Positions 1 through 13,877 of a stretch of 64,000 bases of DNA are shown here, piece after piece. Position numbers and translations under genes: made by a program. The notes below the pieces were generated by a model. That model did no database searches. It was not told where the DNA came from and saw nothing but the letters and a program-made list of their open reading frames with translations. Numbering within the stretch: position 1 is the first letter of the stretch; every line of letters starts with the position of its first letter. The stretch is from positions 434,001-498,000 of the forward strand of contig NW_015165858.1 of the NCBI RefSeq assembly GCF_001447785.1. Reading direction: 5' to 3'. The DNA comes from Gekko japonicus. Its lineage: Eukaryota.

Positions 1-2623
1 GGATAAGCACGCATCTCATGCTTTACAAATCTCCTAAGCCGATTCTGCTGTGCCTTGGAACACAAAAAAGGGAAGGGGTTTTGCTCAGAAACGGTCTTGG
101 TTAGTTCACTGTATCTGACCTATACAGCAATAACACAGAGATCACTTAAAGCAGCACATACACAGAGACTTACTAAAGGCAAACAAAATAATCTTGCATG
201 CTGTATATATCCACAAAAGCCAGGCTTCTCCAAAACTGCAAGAAAAAAAAAATCCCCTCACAGATTTAACTCTCCAAGTCCAAAGCTACACTGCCAGCCA
301 ATGGCTGGATGAATGCTGTACGCAACAGCAATACTGCCATGTCTCAACTACCCCTAACATGGCTGCCCAGCATTACATAACACACGGAGTGCCACTGAAT
401 GAATGAACATTATTATTTTGTTAGACTGGTTACACACACACTGCCCATCTGCCACGCAAGAGTCGGTATGCCACTCCAGGCAGCGACGAGGTTGCTTAGC
501 AAAAGCAGCAGCAGGCTGAAGACCCAGCATCTTTGGAGGGAAGGCAGTCAAGCATGAAACCCTGGCTCTTTGCTCAGCTATTCCCTTGTTTTCAACATAA
601 TGGGCATTTTTACTGCGAGATTTCTAATTACAGCAAGAAGCTGCTACCCCTCTGGACTCTGCACTGCCCCCCTTGCAATTAAAGGATACCTTGGTAGAAC
701 TGTTTGCTATGGAAGGTAATTAACGCTGTTGTGCTCCTGCTGTTGCCTTTCCCGTTCCATCTGAATCCTATCTAATGGGATCACAGACTGCTAGACTTGG
801 GGCCGTTTCAAATGTGATGGCTTTCCTACATGAACAGAATGTCTGAAAAAAGGAAAGGGGGGGGGGAACCAACCAAAGCAATTTATTGCGAGAGATCCCT
901 GGTTTTGAAATCAATACAGCACATTCGTTTGGCGGCTCCAACTGCTACCTTCACAATAAGAAATAATTGCAAGACGAATTGGCTGTTACTCTACAAAAAG
1001 GAGGCTCACGTTCATTTTCTTAAGGAAAATGAAATCCAAGGGATATTAAGAAATGGAGCTAAAATACAAGTTGGTGCCAAACAAGTTATCCAGTTCAGTG
1101 AAAGAATAAACAAATCCAGCTGAGATCAGTTCCAAGATTCCTGTGTATTCTTTACACTCATCCCAGCTGGTGCAGAATCTCAGCAGTCAGAACACTCATT
1201 TCTACTAGACATATATGTATCGTAATTATATACAGAAAACTGGATCCAAAGAACAGAACTTTTTAGGTCCTGATGAAATCCTACCGCTGCCCCCTGGAAG
1301 AGGGAGTACAGATGGCCAAGTCACTGAAGGGGCTTTTGGTGGGATGAGAGAGACCTAGAACAGCTGGGGTTGACAGACTGCAAATGGGCAACAACAGGGG
1401 ATCGTTGCCAGTGGACCACCCTGTGACCCCGATGTCCTTCATTCTGACCCCTACTTGGAATGCTGGGGTGAGCATGTGACACTGGAGGACAGGTCCTCAT
1501 CCATAATAGGAAAAGGGTTCGAGATCAGCCAAGGCCAACAAAGCAGGAGAGAGTGAAGCCTGACTGGACATGGCAGAGGGAGTGGGAAGAAGACTATTCT
1601 GACAGCTCAGAGGGTCCTGGGCAAACCTGGAGCTCCTAGCAAGGACATGCAGTAATGGTGAGCCCTCTGGCAAGAAAAGCCCAAAAAATGGTAGGTAGAG
1701 AAAGAGGTGGACAGGAATACCAAGAACTGCTCACAGGGCAGGGGGAATTATCCCCCTCGGAGGGCTTCCTGGACAAAAGCCTGCAAGAGGGAAGGATAAG
1801 CAGCAGCAGCATGAGTGCCTGTTGCCACTGCAAACAAAAAGTCTGTTAACACTGTGGCAGGATCAGCACAGTCTGTAAGTTTATGATGGACACCTCCTGT
1901 CTCAGATGGGCCCGTAGAACATCACCAACGGAACACATCCTTCCTGTCTCCTCCTATCTTCTGCATACAGCCCCCCCCCCCAAGCCAACAAGAAAGGCTG
2001 CTAGTGAGGTTTCAGGGGACCACTGGGAACAGCATGGGCTGTAGCTTCAGGATAGAAAAATCCATCAAAGTTGTACAAGTCCAAGTGCCATGCGCTGCAG
2101 AGGGGCATCACGGGATCCAGTTCAAACTTCCCATGAACGCACTGTTGTGCAAAAAGGTACTTTCTGCTGAAGTCAATAGAAAAATTCCCACTGATTTTAA
2201 TGCCACTGGGTTGAGTGCCCGGGCACAGCTTGCACTTCTCAGGTCCTTTGTGTATATTGGAATCTAAAGCTGTCAAGCACGACTCTTCCTTAACTATACA
2301 GGTCTGTGCAATTACACAGCAACGTGGTAAACCATAGTAATGAATGGCAGTGTAATGACTAGAACAATGTCATCCAAACCCATCTATCTTTCCTCAGCAA
2401 ACAGAACGTTCTTTAAAGCAGCAAGCCAGAAGAATAGGGCTGTTCAAATGTGCCGGCATGTGTTTCATCCATCTTATATAAACTTCCTAGAATATTTTCT
2501 CAGGCATTTGGTTTTCATCAAGTGTTATTTAAAAATCAAGAGATGTCTCCCCACCCCCAACCCCCAACATTCAGTAACAGCTAAAGCTCTCTTACCTTTT
2601 GCACCCAAACAGCATGAACGGCA

Positions 2624-2838
2624 GATAGATTCAGGTGGGGCAGCCGTGTTGGTCTGAAGCAGCAGAACAAAGTTTGAGTCCAGTGGCACCTTTGAGATCC
2701 ACAGAGTTTTATTCAGAGGGTAGGCCTTCGTGTGCAAATACACACTTAACTGTGTTTTGTCTGGAGAAGTGTGTTTCACACACGAAAGTTTACACTTTGA
2801 ATAAACCTTTGTTGGTCTCAAAGGTGCCACTTGACTCA
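2624..2838. mobile_element. Penelope-like element (PLE) pseudo-LTR fold-back remnant with degenerate hammerhead
   Basis: Two inverted arms (GAGTCCAGTGGCACCTTT / AAAGGTGCCACTTGACTC); TSD-like AGCATGAACGGCA/AGCATTAACAGCA (11/13). Confidence 0.7.
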
Positions 2839-3029
2839 AGCATTAACAGCATTAAATCTACAGAATGGACGTTTTTAGCACCGCACCTGGACCTTGTGCC
2901 CCCTAAACTGAACAGGTACTGGAAGCAGTTTTACTTTACATCACCCACCCTCCGGAAAGGTCAAAGGGAAACTTATAAGAGGCAAAATACACTTCTGAGA
3001 GGTTTTAGGCAAACAAAAAAACACAACCA

Positions 3030-3542
3030 GGCCCCGGTCACATGGAGCATTAGGCACGCTAGAGAGATGGAAGATAGGCGGATTTTCCGGGCGCGATCTC
3101 ACCACCACATCTGGGAAGCGTAGAGCTCCCGTGGCGCACCCGAGGCTTCCCGCTGAAGATGCGAGGTAAAAAACCAGTAACTCGGAGGTACTAGTTTCCG
3201 GAAACCACGGGGCAAGGGCGGGCGTCTGATCCCGTTTCCGGTGGTAATTCCGGCGCCCGCCCATGTCCCCTCTCAAAAAGGTGTTTTTTTCCAAGTCTCC
3301 ACGGATGCGCACAAGCACCCAACGGAGCATGCGCACATTTCAGTTTTTTAAAAAAACACAACCTTGTTTGCCGCGCCGCTCCGCTTCTTTGCCGCGTCAT
3401 GTGATTGGCACCTCCCACCTAACCACGGGAGCTCGACGGGACCTCAACCCGACGCCTGATTGCGCAGTCGCGCGTTAGTTTGCTCCAGGTCAAATAGCCA
3501 TGCCTCCCCCCCCCCCATTTTCCTGCCCGTGTGGCCGAGGCC
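3030..3542. mobile_element. CpG-rich MITE, PIF/Harbinger-like
   Basis: TIR GGCCCCGGTCACA / TGTGGCCGAGGCC, 3-bp TSD CCA; second copy at 61718-62237. Confidence 0.7.
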
Positions 3543-3644
3543 CCAGTTGGATAGTACAGCATATGCTTTAACTTGGGAAGCCACTTTTGGAACAAGCAGC
3601 AAGGGGGCGAGAGGCAGCCACTGCGAAAACAGACGTGGAACTGT

Positions 3645-3927
3645 GAAGAAGAAGAAGAAGAGATTGGATTTATACCCCGCCCTTCACTTGGAGTCTCAGA
3701 GCGGCTTACAAACTCCTTTCCCTTCCCCTCCCCACAACAGACACCCTGTGAGGTGGGTGGGGCTGAGAGAACTCTGACACAAACTGCTCTTTTTCAAGGA
3801 CAGCTGTGCCAGAGCTTGTGACTGACCCAAGGTCACATCAGCAGCTGCGAGTGGAGGAGTGGGGAATCAAACCCGGTTCTCCCAGATTAGAGTCCGCGCA
3901 CTTCACCACTAAACCAAACTGGCTCTC
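3645..3927 (-). mobile_element. Young tRNA-derived SINE (Squam3-like, (CTT)n tail)
   Basis: A box / B box (GGTTTGATTCC) head, MIR/L2-like 3' part, near-identical to the 28445 and 34451 copies. Confidence 0.85.
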
Positions 3928-5984
3928 CCAGGAGCTCTCCCTCTCCTGTGGCTCGAGGCAGCAGTTCGAGGACCCTTTTCTAGCTGGGGTAGGAAATGCA
4001 AAGCCACACCCTCAGCACACCTTATTCTTGCACCATAAAACAACCACAATCACTTCCCACATGCCTGTTTCTACAGTTGAGAATTTCCTACCAACAGGCA
4101 TGACTCGATTCAAATTTCCACTTCCTCTTCCACCCCAAGTCTCTGCCCACAAACGTACACTGTTTGTGAATTACACATGCATTCACTGTAACGTGTGAAC
4201 CAGGCTAGCAAAAGGTGGCTACAAACTGGGCTGTGACCTGCAGTCTTTTCAGGATTTATTATTAAGTTAGTTTAGCTTTCCACATATCAGCAAGCAATTG
4301 TATTTCATTATACAGCAGAGAAACTTTTCTTCACAGGACTCAATAGATTACACCATATTTGGGAGAACAAAAGCTTTGCACAAGTGCAACTTTTAAAAAA
4401 AGTTTTAGTTGTTACAAAAGTAAAGGGGGGGGGATGATGTAGCCTAGTGAACGAAATCACTGCTGCACGTGCTACTTCCCAGACGAGATCCCCACAAAAA
4501 CAAAGTTTCTGGTTTGCTAATAAACCACCAGCAGGGAGCAGCACTGCTAGCCAGTCTAAAATGCTAACTCTCACTCAAAAGGTTACCAACCAGCCTGGAC
4601 AAACAGGCAGCTGGAGGTTTTCATGGGATGGGACATTATATCCCATTTAGCCTCTACTAAAGGGATAGGATATTCTCTCCAACCACACGCCTGCCCTAAG
4701 GGCAGCAGGCAATCCTAGTTAAGCACTGCAGGCATTTTGTGTTTTGAGTAACAAAAGCTCATGTAAGCGGATTGCTTAAAGTGGCACAATATTAGAGGAA
4801 AGTCCGAAAGACTATTTTCTATGGATAATATTTCATTTGATGAATATTCCCCTGTTCACAGAAGCAGATGCCATAGTCTTCCATGACCACTGAGTCTTCA
4901 TGCAAGCAAACCACTCATAGGAGTAGTTATCACCCCTCTAATGTCTGCATCAGTTCTGTTCCCCCCTCCATGGCTACATTCCAGAGGGCTATAGGTGTGG
5001 AGAAATTTCAGGCACCTGATGTGACTTGATCTAGCGCAGACTGAAAAATCCAGAAACACAGCTGGCAGTTCCTCTGGAGGGAAAAAAAACTTCCGTATTT
5101 ATCTGCATAAGTAAAGAAATATTTTCATTATGGAACAGACATCACTGGCTAAGGCATTTTAGAAAAGCTACATGAAAAGATAAAGTTTCCAGAACCAGTT
5201 CCTTGCTAGATTTCAATCTACTCTTTAAAAATGTGTCCCTTTTCACCTTTAAAAAAGCAGGAAGTCCAGTTTTGATTAGCAAAAACTATGTGGCAGGTGA
5301 AAGGTAAATCCCCCCCCCCTTCCCCGACATGGTATTGATGCAAAATGAGGCCGCATGTAAACCTAATTTGCATTTTATACACAAAGCTGCTTGCTCTTTG
5401 TTGTTTTCCCCCCTCCCACTCAAGGTGTGATGTGTTTGCCATTTGCCAGTGGCTGCTTCTCCGTTCTTAAACCTGCCTCTGTTAGCATATGAATTAATAT
5501 TTTGCTGTTGCAGCCAGATTATCATATCCCCATGTGCCATGCTGCCTGCATATCTAAAGCATAAATATTTCTTCCAGAACTGTACACAATTGTCATCTTT
5601 AAATGTGATGCTGGGGCCTAAATATTTGCAACACTTTTGCTATCATAAATCCTGGTCCCGTTTCCCTTGCAGAATATGGTATTTAGTCAAAAGGGGAGTT
5701 CTTTCATGATTTATTATCATCATCATCATTATTATTTATGATGAATCGCCCCACCCCTGCTAGATCTGGGCGATGTACAACCAGAGATAAAACAAGATAA
5801 AATTAATTAAAACATTAGTACGATATTAAAAAGGGGCAAAAACCTGTAACAGTGCTTTTATATAAATATTATGTACATACATATACATACATAAGTATTC
5901 CAGAACTACAGTTGACAACTGCCTGGACAAAAAATGTCCAGTCCCTTTAACAGAAGAATAATGGGATGTTATTTACTAGGTGAT

Positions 5985-6081
5985 TAAGCAAACTCCGGAG
6001 CATGACGGAAGACACAAGGGCTTGGCATGATGTGGTCCATGGGGTCGCGAAGAGTTGGACTCGACTGTGAGACTGAACAAC
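5985..6081 (+). mobile_element. Bov-B/RTE 3' fragment
   Basis: GTCCATGGGGTCGCGAAGAGTTGGAC...CTGAACAAC; perfect 14-bp TSD ATTTACTAGGTGAT. Confidence 0.85.
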
Positions 6082-6125
6082 ATTTACTAGGTGATATTAT
6101 TTGCCTCCAAGCTACAAAAAGCATC

Positions 6126-7725
6126 ATCTGCGTGGCCAGGCTGTTGATGGGACTCCCAATCCGGGAGCACATTCAGCCTGTGCTCAAGGCGGTGCACTGG
6201 CTGCCGATAGCATACCAAATTCGTTTCAAGGTGCTGGCTCTTACCTTTAAAGCCCTGTATGGTAAGGGACCTACATACCTGAGGGACCGCCTTTCCCCAC
6301 ATGTTCCCCAGAGAGCACTGCTGTCAGGGGCCCAGAACTGACTGGCCCTCCCGAGTCTTAAGGAGGCCAGGCTGATGGCAGCTCCATCCTGGTGGAATGA
6401 GCTCCCAGAGCCCTGTGGAACCTATTACAGTTCCACAGGGCCTCTAAAACGGAGCTCTTCCACCAGGCTTTTGGAGCCGCCGCCACCTCTAACAACTAGG
6501 ATGAGAGCCCTGTTGCCCTGGAACTTATATTAACAACCGCGCCAGCTGCCGGAGGAACACCTGAAAGATACCTATAGAAGATCTGTGCTGGCCACGGGAA
6601 GAGAGAGTTGATGGTAGCCATCACGAACTTTATAACAGCAAAATTAGTACTTATCATGAACTTGTAATCTTTTAAACTAGGAAAAAGGCCCATTGTGGAA
6701 ATAAATACAACGATCTCTAGAAAGAGGCTCTGGGCGGGTGCCCTGGCCTTGGACACTCAGTGTCATTTTGCTATGGCGACCTCAGCAGGGTATAATGACA
6801 CTGAGTCCACCATTTTCTCCAGAGGAACTGATCTCTGCTACCTAAAGAACAGTTGTAATTTTGAGTGATCTCCAGTCCTCACCTGGAGATTGGCAACGAT
6901 GGTTCCCCAGAAGGGAATAGTTGGTTTGGAGGGTGGAGTCTATGGCTTTGTACCTGTCTGAGGTCCCACGCCTCCTGAAACCTCACCCTCTCAGGCTCCA
7001 TCCCTCACATCTCCAGGAATTTCCCACCTGGAGTTGGCAATCCTATCTCCTTCCCAGCCAATCATCAACCTACCTTTATTTCCCCCTCACTCTTCAGCTT
7101 TCCACCCCCCACACACCTGCAGCCTCTCCCGTGCTCTGAAGCCCTGACTGCTACGTCACATTGGCTGTCATACGGGGGCCACGTCAGCAGCATATAAGGA
7201 TACAGAGCCCACCATTTTCTCCAGGGGAACTGATCTCTGCCGTCTGGAAAGCAGTTGTAATTCTGAGTGATCTCCAGCCCTCACCTGGAGATTGGACACA
7301 TTTTACCTCAGAAGAGCAAACTGTTTAGAATGTTAGAGGCAAAAGCCAATCAAGTCGCATATGCAAACGACCTCTGTGTTCCGAGGCAAAGGCCAATGAG
7401 GCTGCATAGGCAAATAACCTCTGTGTTCTGACTGGCTATGGGGGGGAGAGGAACAGCAAACTTTTCAGAATGTTGGAGGCGAGACTCAAGCAATGCAGCC
7501 AATAGATAGGGACAGATTCTGAGTGACACACCAGGGCGCCAACAAGTTCCGGAGCGTGTGGAATGTTCTAGAGAAGTGCCACCACCATTCGGCTTTTATA
7601 TATAAGGGAGATACTGTTTTAAATGTTTTATTACACTATTTAAATGTGTCTGTTGATTCTATGTAAGCTGCCCTGAGCCGGCCTTCACTGGGAGGTCATG
7701 GTATAAATTTAAATAAATAAATAAA
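6126..7725 (+). mobile_element. L2 LINE 3' fragment (split by the Helitron)
   Basis: ORF2 C-terminus ARLLMG..EHIQPVLKAVHWLPIAYQIRFKVLALTFKAL; tail TGTAAGCTGCCCTGAG..(TAAA)n. Confidence 0.85.
6677..7611 (-). mobile_element. Non-autonomous Helitron
   Basis: Minus strand A|TCTCCCTTATATATAAAAG ... imperfect hairpin ... CTAG|T, no TSD; splits an L2 3' UTR; ends homologous to 22076-22976. Confidence 0.75.
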
Positions 7726-8330
7726 TTTCCACACATTAAGGCTCTGTTTTAAAGGGACAGGACATTATTCTCCAGGGCTGCTGGCAAGTCTAATAGCAAT
7801 GTATTTGTGAATCAACCAGCAAGCTTATTTACTACTTTCCTGAACAATGCAGAGGCTGTGTCTTGTGAATCCCTTGACTTTTACAGGAGACCCATATTTT
7901 TTTCCAAGCAGCAGTCAGTAGTCTACTTCTCGCACGTGGAAGAACTTTTAAATGCATGCACAGCATTGATATTTTATGACATTCCTTATACAATACTCTG
8001 GGCAAGGAGCAGCCACGCCCAGCTATTAAGTCAGGTGAGGCAGCTGCCTCAAGTGGTGAGTTCTGGGAACTGCACAGCCATGGGGCACAAGGCACCTTGA
8101 AATTCTTGGGCACAACAAGCTCTACTGGTAGCACTTGGGACTTAGCTCCTGTTCATTTCAAGGAAGCCTGAACAGAATAGCTTGTTCCCCACGGTACTCA
8201 ACAAGGGAACTGGAAAAAATTGCCTGAGATTCCTAAAGGGCTCAAAAATATAATGTTGATGTACAAGTTGATGGTATATAGGTATCTCTGAGAAAAGAAA
8301 TACTACTCAAAGAAATATTTACACGGTGAT

Positions 8331-8505
8331 AGAAAAGAGTAAGAGTCCAGTAGCACCTTAAAGACTAACAAAATTTGTGACAGGGTATGAGCTTTCCTGA
8401 GTAACTCAAAACCTGCAACAAATTGTGCTAAATCTTTAAGGTACTACTAGACTCTTACTCTTTTCTACTGCTACAGACAGAGTAACGTGGCAACCTATCT
8501 TGATT
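8331..8505. mobile_element. PLE fold-back remnant (second subfamily)
   Basis: Inverted arms AGAAAAGAGTAAGAGTC / GACTCTTACTCTTTTCT; degenerate 13-bp TSD (10/13). Confidence 0.65.
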
Positions 8506-8999
8506 ATTATACGATGATGACAGCCATGTTGTTCTAGAATGAAAATTCACTCCTTCTGACTCTCTCTTTATCCCAGCAGTAATCCCTTGTCCCAAAAATA
8601 ATCTCTATTTAATTAAAACACAACTGTCCTCATAAATACATACAGTACAGGAGAAATTCCTGATTTAAAAAATACCATAGCATTAAAAAGCACACCTTCT
8701 GAGTGGCAGAGAGCTCACGAGCTCCTTCTGTTTAAAAATCAGTCTGGGGACAACAATGTTATGAAAATTATTATTTCTTTTCCTGGCACATAATAAGGTG
8801 ATAAACCAGAAGTCCAGTGCCCAGGTGCACGCTGTGTACTCACACACTTTCTCTTCCCACAAATTGTTTTAGTACATATAACCATGTTGTTCCTTTTACT
8901 TTCAGCCTCTGAACTTAGATATCTAATTTCCCATTCATGGTCTTTGCAATAAAAGCGAACAAATTCTCCCCCTCCCCCTTCTATCATTAAAGAGAAACA

Positions 9000-9358
9000 A
9001 GTTCCAGGGTAACTGGACGGAGTTCCTGTACCTGGGTTACGGGGGATTGAGATCGGGGATCAGGCTTCCAACCTTTGACGGGGCCTGTTGGTGCCGGCAC
9101 AGAAGGTGAAGAGTCTGGGGGTGTTCCTGGATGCCTCACTAACTATGGAGGCCCAGGTCTGCCTTTTTCCATCTGAGACAGATCAGGCAGATAGCCCCAT
9201 ATCTCTCTCACACACACACCCCAGGATCTGGCTACAGTGACCCATGCAATGGTCACTTCTAGATTGGTCATCCAGTCAGGTGCAAGTGGAGGAGTGGGGA
9301 ATCAAACCCGGTTCTCCCAGATTGGAGTCTGCGCACTTAACCACTACACCAAACTGGC
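9000..9358 (+). mobile_element. L2 ORF2 fragment fused to an inverted SINE head (9278-9358)
   Basis: VKSLGVFLDASLTMEAQV..FFHLRQIRQIAPYLS motif. Confidence 0.7.
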
Positions 9359-10337
9359 TTTCAAATAGAAAGTATATAAAAACTTTGCTTTCTGGTAACA
9401 GGATGTTCAATTATCGCAAACTCCAGGTGCCTGTAGCAGCAGCTATCAGAACCAACTAGCACTAGGTGGCCATACAAAGCCCTAGCCAGACTTCTCAAGA
9501 CCACTTGCCAGCAACCCCTTCCCCTCCAACTACTGCCTCAGTTCCTGTCATGAAAACTTCCATGTTCCTTCCTGCTATTAGAGGAAGCCACCACTATTTG
9601 TTTCTCTCCAATGTTATACGAAGCACAGCATTGCCACAGGATGCATGAACAACCAATGGCACCCAAAGGGCTGAAAGAGGACTCTCCATACTTACCTGCT
9701 CTGACAGCCGCTGCTAATGTCACCAGGAGCCTTCTGAACATGCAGTGACTAGTAGGCACACAGGCTGATTTGTGAATAGGATTCTTACAGCATAAAGAAA
9801 GCAAAAACCAATCTGGATTCACAAAACTGTGGTCCATTTGTGTGCCTTAGGGCTACTTCATGCAGGTCATTTTTTCCTACTATCCAGTCTGGGGGAATTT
9901 ACAATTTTATCAGGTGGACAACTACCAGAAATGTTGCCATACTGGTAGGTTTGACCCTAACTACTGCTGAAGCAGGGGGGGAAACCCCACCCCCCTGCCT
10001 TATTAACAAATAACGACAATGAAATAGAAAATTAAGCTGCTACCTTTACAGTGGCATTCTTAGCTTCTTAAGAGTATGAGAGTATGAGACTGCCGTCACA
10101 TAATAAGCAGTCAATTGAGAATATTTTACCAATCAACCGTTACATTACTATTCATATGTATTGATAGAAGTGCTGACATTTCACATTGCAGTGAATTTTG
10201 ATTCTACTTTTACAATCAAAAGACTAGCAAAATGTCACACTTTGATTATTTTTTTATGGTGTGGAAAGTGTATGGACAGTGGAAGCCATGGAAGTTGACG
10301 TGGGCTGCAAAACGCAATCTATACCAATCAGTAGGTT

Positions 10338-10741
10338 TGTTAAGTTCTGGAATTACCTGAATATCATATTAAAGGTGATGAAGATATTGATTATAACATT
10401 TTTACGATTTAAGTTTAGTACAGAAGTTTGTTCAATTGTTAAAGATATAATTTCCTCTACAATTAATAGATTATCGTTAACCTTAGGAAAGTTTTTGTCT
10501 ATTCTTTAAAGACACAATCTATCCCAAATTTTGTAATTCTGTAATATTCAAGTTTTACTGTTTGCTCTTTTATTTAAAATATGTAATACATTTGGTCATA
10601 TATCTGATTTTACTTGTTGTACGTAACAATTCATAATACTTTATAAATTTGATGAATCTATATTTCTCCCTTACCCCTTTTTCCCTTCCGTATCCCACCC
10701 TTTTAAGAGAAAATAATTTAAAAAAATTATTTCAAATAAAA
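10338..10741 (+). mobile_element. AT-rich non-LTR retrotransposon 3' fragment (L1/Tx1-like)
   Basis: Perfect 13-bp TSD CAATCAGTAGGTT (10325-37, 10742-54), A-rich tail with AATAAA. Confidence 0.65.
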
Positions 10742-12286
10742 CAATCAGTAGGTTCTCACTGTAGTATGAGGTTTGTTAAATGCAGGAGAAATGTAGTAAA
10801 ACAGAGATGAATTAACAGAACTGGAAGCCCTGAACAGCTAGAACACTGTTGAAAAGTATATGGAAATGTAATTGTTCAAGGCAGACAATAGCATGTCATT
10901 GACTTAGAATGAATTGGCTCCAAGAATAGACTTTCACTTTTGTTTAGACTTACAGTAGGGGCTGCCTGAATCCTGAAATGTAGGTCAAAAACAGAACATG
11001 TGATACAAAAGTATGTATGAAGTGTATTGGAGAGAGAGAAGGCCATACAATGGAGGTGAGCTCAATCTTTGTCCGGGCTGCTTCACTATCTTAAAACTCA
11101 CATAAATGCAGAGTTGCAATTATTTCATTTTATTTATTAATTTAATTTCTTTTTTGAATTTGGTAAGTGTAGGAAGACACTGGTATACTGTTTGGTGAAT
11201 CATTCACATTTTAAAATCACTGCCTGCCAAAAATTATAATAATTCATTACAATTTAATATTTACAATTTTAATTAATTTCATCTGTGATTAAAATCTCCT
11301 CTTCTGATGTTATAAATTTAACAAAAATACCTGACTCAGTCCTTTCTGAGCCGTCAAATGATAAACCCTAATACGGGTACTTACAATAAATGAAAGGGGA
11401 AAAGGGTTTTTTCCCCTCTCACTTGCTGACACTCAAGACTGTAATAAAAGAAAGAAGTAGGGGTCAAAATTCCCCTCTGTTTTTTATTCACAAGACAGTA
11501 GCTACTCACAGATTAAGATTTGTCCATACAAACTGGGCCCTGGGCAGGCCCAATGACTTCCAACAGCGCTATATGCATGTCTTTTGTTTTCAAGGACCCA
11601 GAGGTGATCTACAACTTGCTCAAAAGGGAAAATATGTCATCCCATATAAGCTTAGGTCAGGAAAAAACCTCCACTAATTAAAAATTATTAATAAACTATG
11701 ACAGCCAAATTTAAATTGACTTTGGATCATTTGGGAGATTATTCAAAAACTAGGCTGGGTCAGGAGAAGAAATACTGAGAGAAGAAGGAGCACAATTCCA
11801 AGAAATGCCGTCATCTAATGCCATGTGGGTTACAAATCCTCTGCACAGTTTACAGGCCTAAAACCAATTGATTCCCACGAGACTTCAGGCTACGCAGTGG
11901 ACTACAGCACTGAGGAAGGCTAACACCAGCCCTAGGTGTACAACTTTAAAATTAAACAAGAGGGACAGCTCTAGCTAAATAGTTCTGCCCTGGAAAACGC
12001 ATTTTAAATGTATCAGTGACCCAATTGCTTAATGTGTTTTAAAGAAGCTATTACACCTTTTGTGCTGTGCAAAGGAGGGGGGGGGAGTAGTAGGATTGGG
12101 TGAGAGCTCTCCTCTTAGGTTTCTTGACTTGTTGCTGTTGACAGACTTATCCTACCAGACTTTGCCTAATCCTTTAAAAACAATTTGTTCTAATTTGTCT
12201 ACAAGTTAATTATTGCTGTATGAACAAGTACTTCTTTTATTCCCTAAACCCAGCACTATTTCACTGGTTGATTCCAAGCCCTAATG

Positions 12287-12961
12287 CACAGGTCCTCAGC
12301 CTTTTTCAGCCCGCAGGCACCTATGGAATTCTGACAAAAATGGTGAGCACAGGACGTGGTGCCAAATAAAAAATGGCTGCAGCATGTTACCTTCAGTCAC
12401 ACTGCAAAGATTCTTGTGCTGTGGTGGCAGCTGCTGCTAAAGCAACACTTTTTTAAAAACCTGCACAGCCAATCAAATCTCCAGTGCCCAACAGGCTTGC
12501 CAGCCCCCAGGTCTGGGTGGGGGATCCCCCAATTTCTGGGGCTTCTCCCTGCCACAAACCAGCTGGCCAAAACAGGGATGTCGCACCCAACATGATGACG
12601 TCACCCAGAAGTAACATCATTGTGTCAGAGACGTCATGGGGGGTGGAACACTCTGGTATTCAGTTAAACTATGGTTTGAGGGCAAAAACAACGATAGGGT
12701 TTTGCCCAAATACCAGCGCGTCCCCGACACAATGATGTCACTTCCCAGTGACGTCCTTGCATCGGGGACATATGACGTTCCCGCCCATCCCCGGAACACC
12801 CCCCCAAATCCCCTCGCGAGAGCAACGAGGGGATCTGGCAACCCTAGTGCGAAATCAGAACCCATGCTTGGCAAAAACCTCACCTGACCCCACTTGGCAG
12901 ACACCAGGAAAGCTGTCAGTGGGTGCCATGGCGCCCATACACACCATGTTGGGGAACCCTG
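12287..12961. mobile_element. hAT (Charlie-like) MITE with a nested Blackjack-like hAT MITE (12492-12846)
   Basis: Outer TSD CCCTAATG/CTCTAATG; inner termini CAGGCTTGCCA / TGGCAACCCTA with TSD GTGCCCAA/GTGCGAAA. Confidence 0.7.
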
Positions 12962-13434
12962 CTCTAATGTGAGGCACAGAACAGCACTTCCAGAGTTCTG
13001 TTATCTCCCTGAGTGCCCTTTACCCAAGCTAAAAGACCATCCCTTTTCTACAAAGAATTATTTCTTCAAAGGGAGATTAAGAAATCCCTTCATTTTTATT
13101 TGTTCTTTACAGTATCTTATTTGGTTCTAGAGAATCACCAGAACAGGACACAATAAACCAGCAGTACTTACTCACTGGGTTGCAGAGAGCCACATATTCA
13201 ATTACCACCAACAAAAGGACCCACATTTACTACCGTCCTATGGCATGAGGCTTGCACCTCAGAGAGGCTCACTGTTTTCTGTTGCTCCAGCCACAGCTGT
13301 TCCAAGACTGAGCCCTACTGCCAAACACAGTCCTCCCCCCTCCCCTCGGGTAAGGGCTTTGTCCACTTTCATAGGGTGGATGCCACATTAGGGAATGCTG
13401 CTCAGAATTCAGAAAGCAGACACTGTATTTTTAT

Positions 13435-13563
13435 TCAGGTGGGCAGCCGTGTTGGCCTGAAGCAGCAGAACAAAGTTCTATTCAAGGTATAACCTTTCGT
13501 GTGCTACCATAAATAAAAACTTTGTTGGTCTTAAAGGTGCCACTGGACTCAAAGCTTTGTTCT
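13435..13563. mobile_element. PLE fold-back remnant
   Basis: Same arms as 2624; TSD ACTGTATTTTTAT/ACTGCATTTTTAT (12/13). Confidence 0.7.
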
Positions 13564-13877
13564 ACTGCATTTTTATATGAGCCTTTTTCAGTCATCCCGA
13601 TTGTTGCAGGCCATGCATGTTTTAGGGGAGATCATACGATCTTCCTTATGTTAAGCGTTCGTTATTTCATGTGAGCAGGGCAATGTGTATGTTCCTGCTT
13701 TGGTATGTGTGAAATGAAACCCCTATTTATCTGGGAACACATTCATGTGTACCAAAGCAGGAACATACATGCATTTTTTGCCTAATTCACATGAATGGCA
13801 ACCAAGCATACAGAGAGGATCATGCACAGTGAGACCAACCCAACATGCAAACAGCCCATAAAAATCATAATGAAAAC

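Noticed and set aside
2941-3478. ORFs with apparent homologues at 61824-62273, suggesting a duplicated gene
   Set aside because: The similarity is due to two copies of the same GC-rich MITE; frames are not conserved
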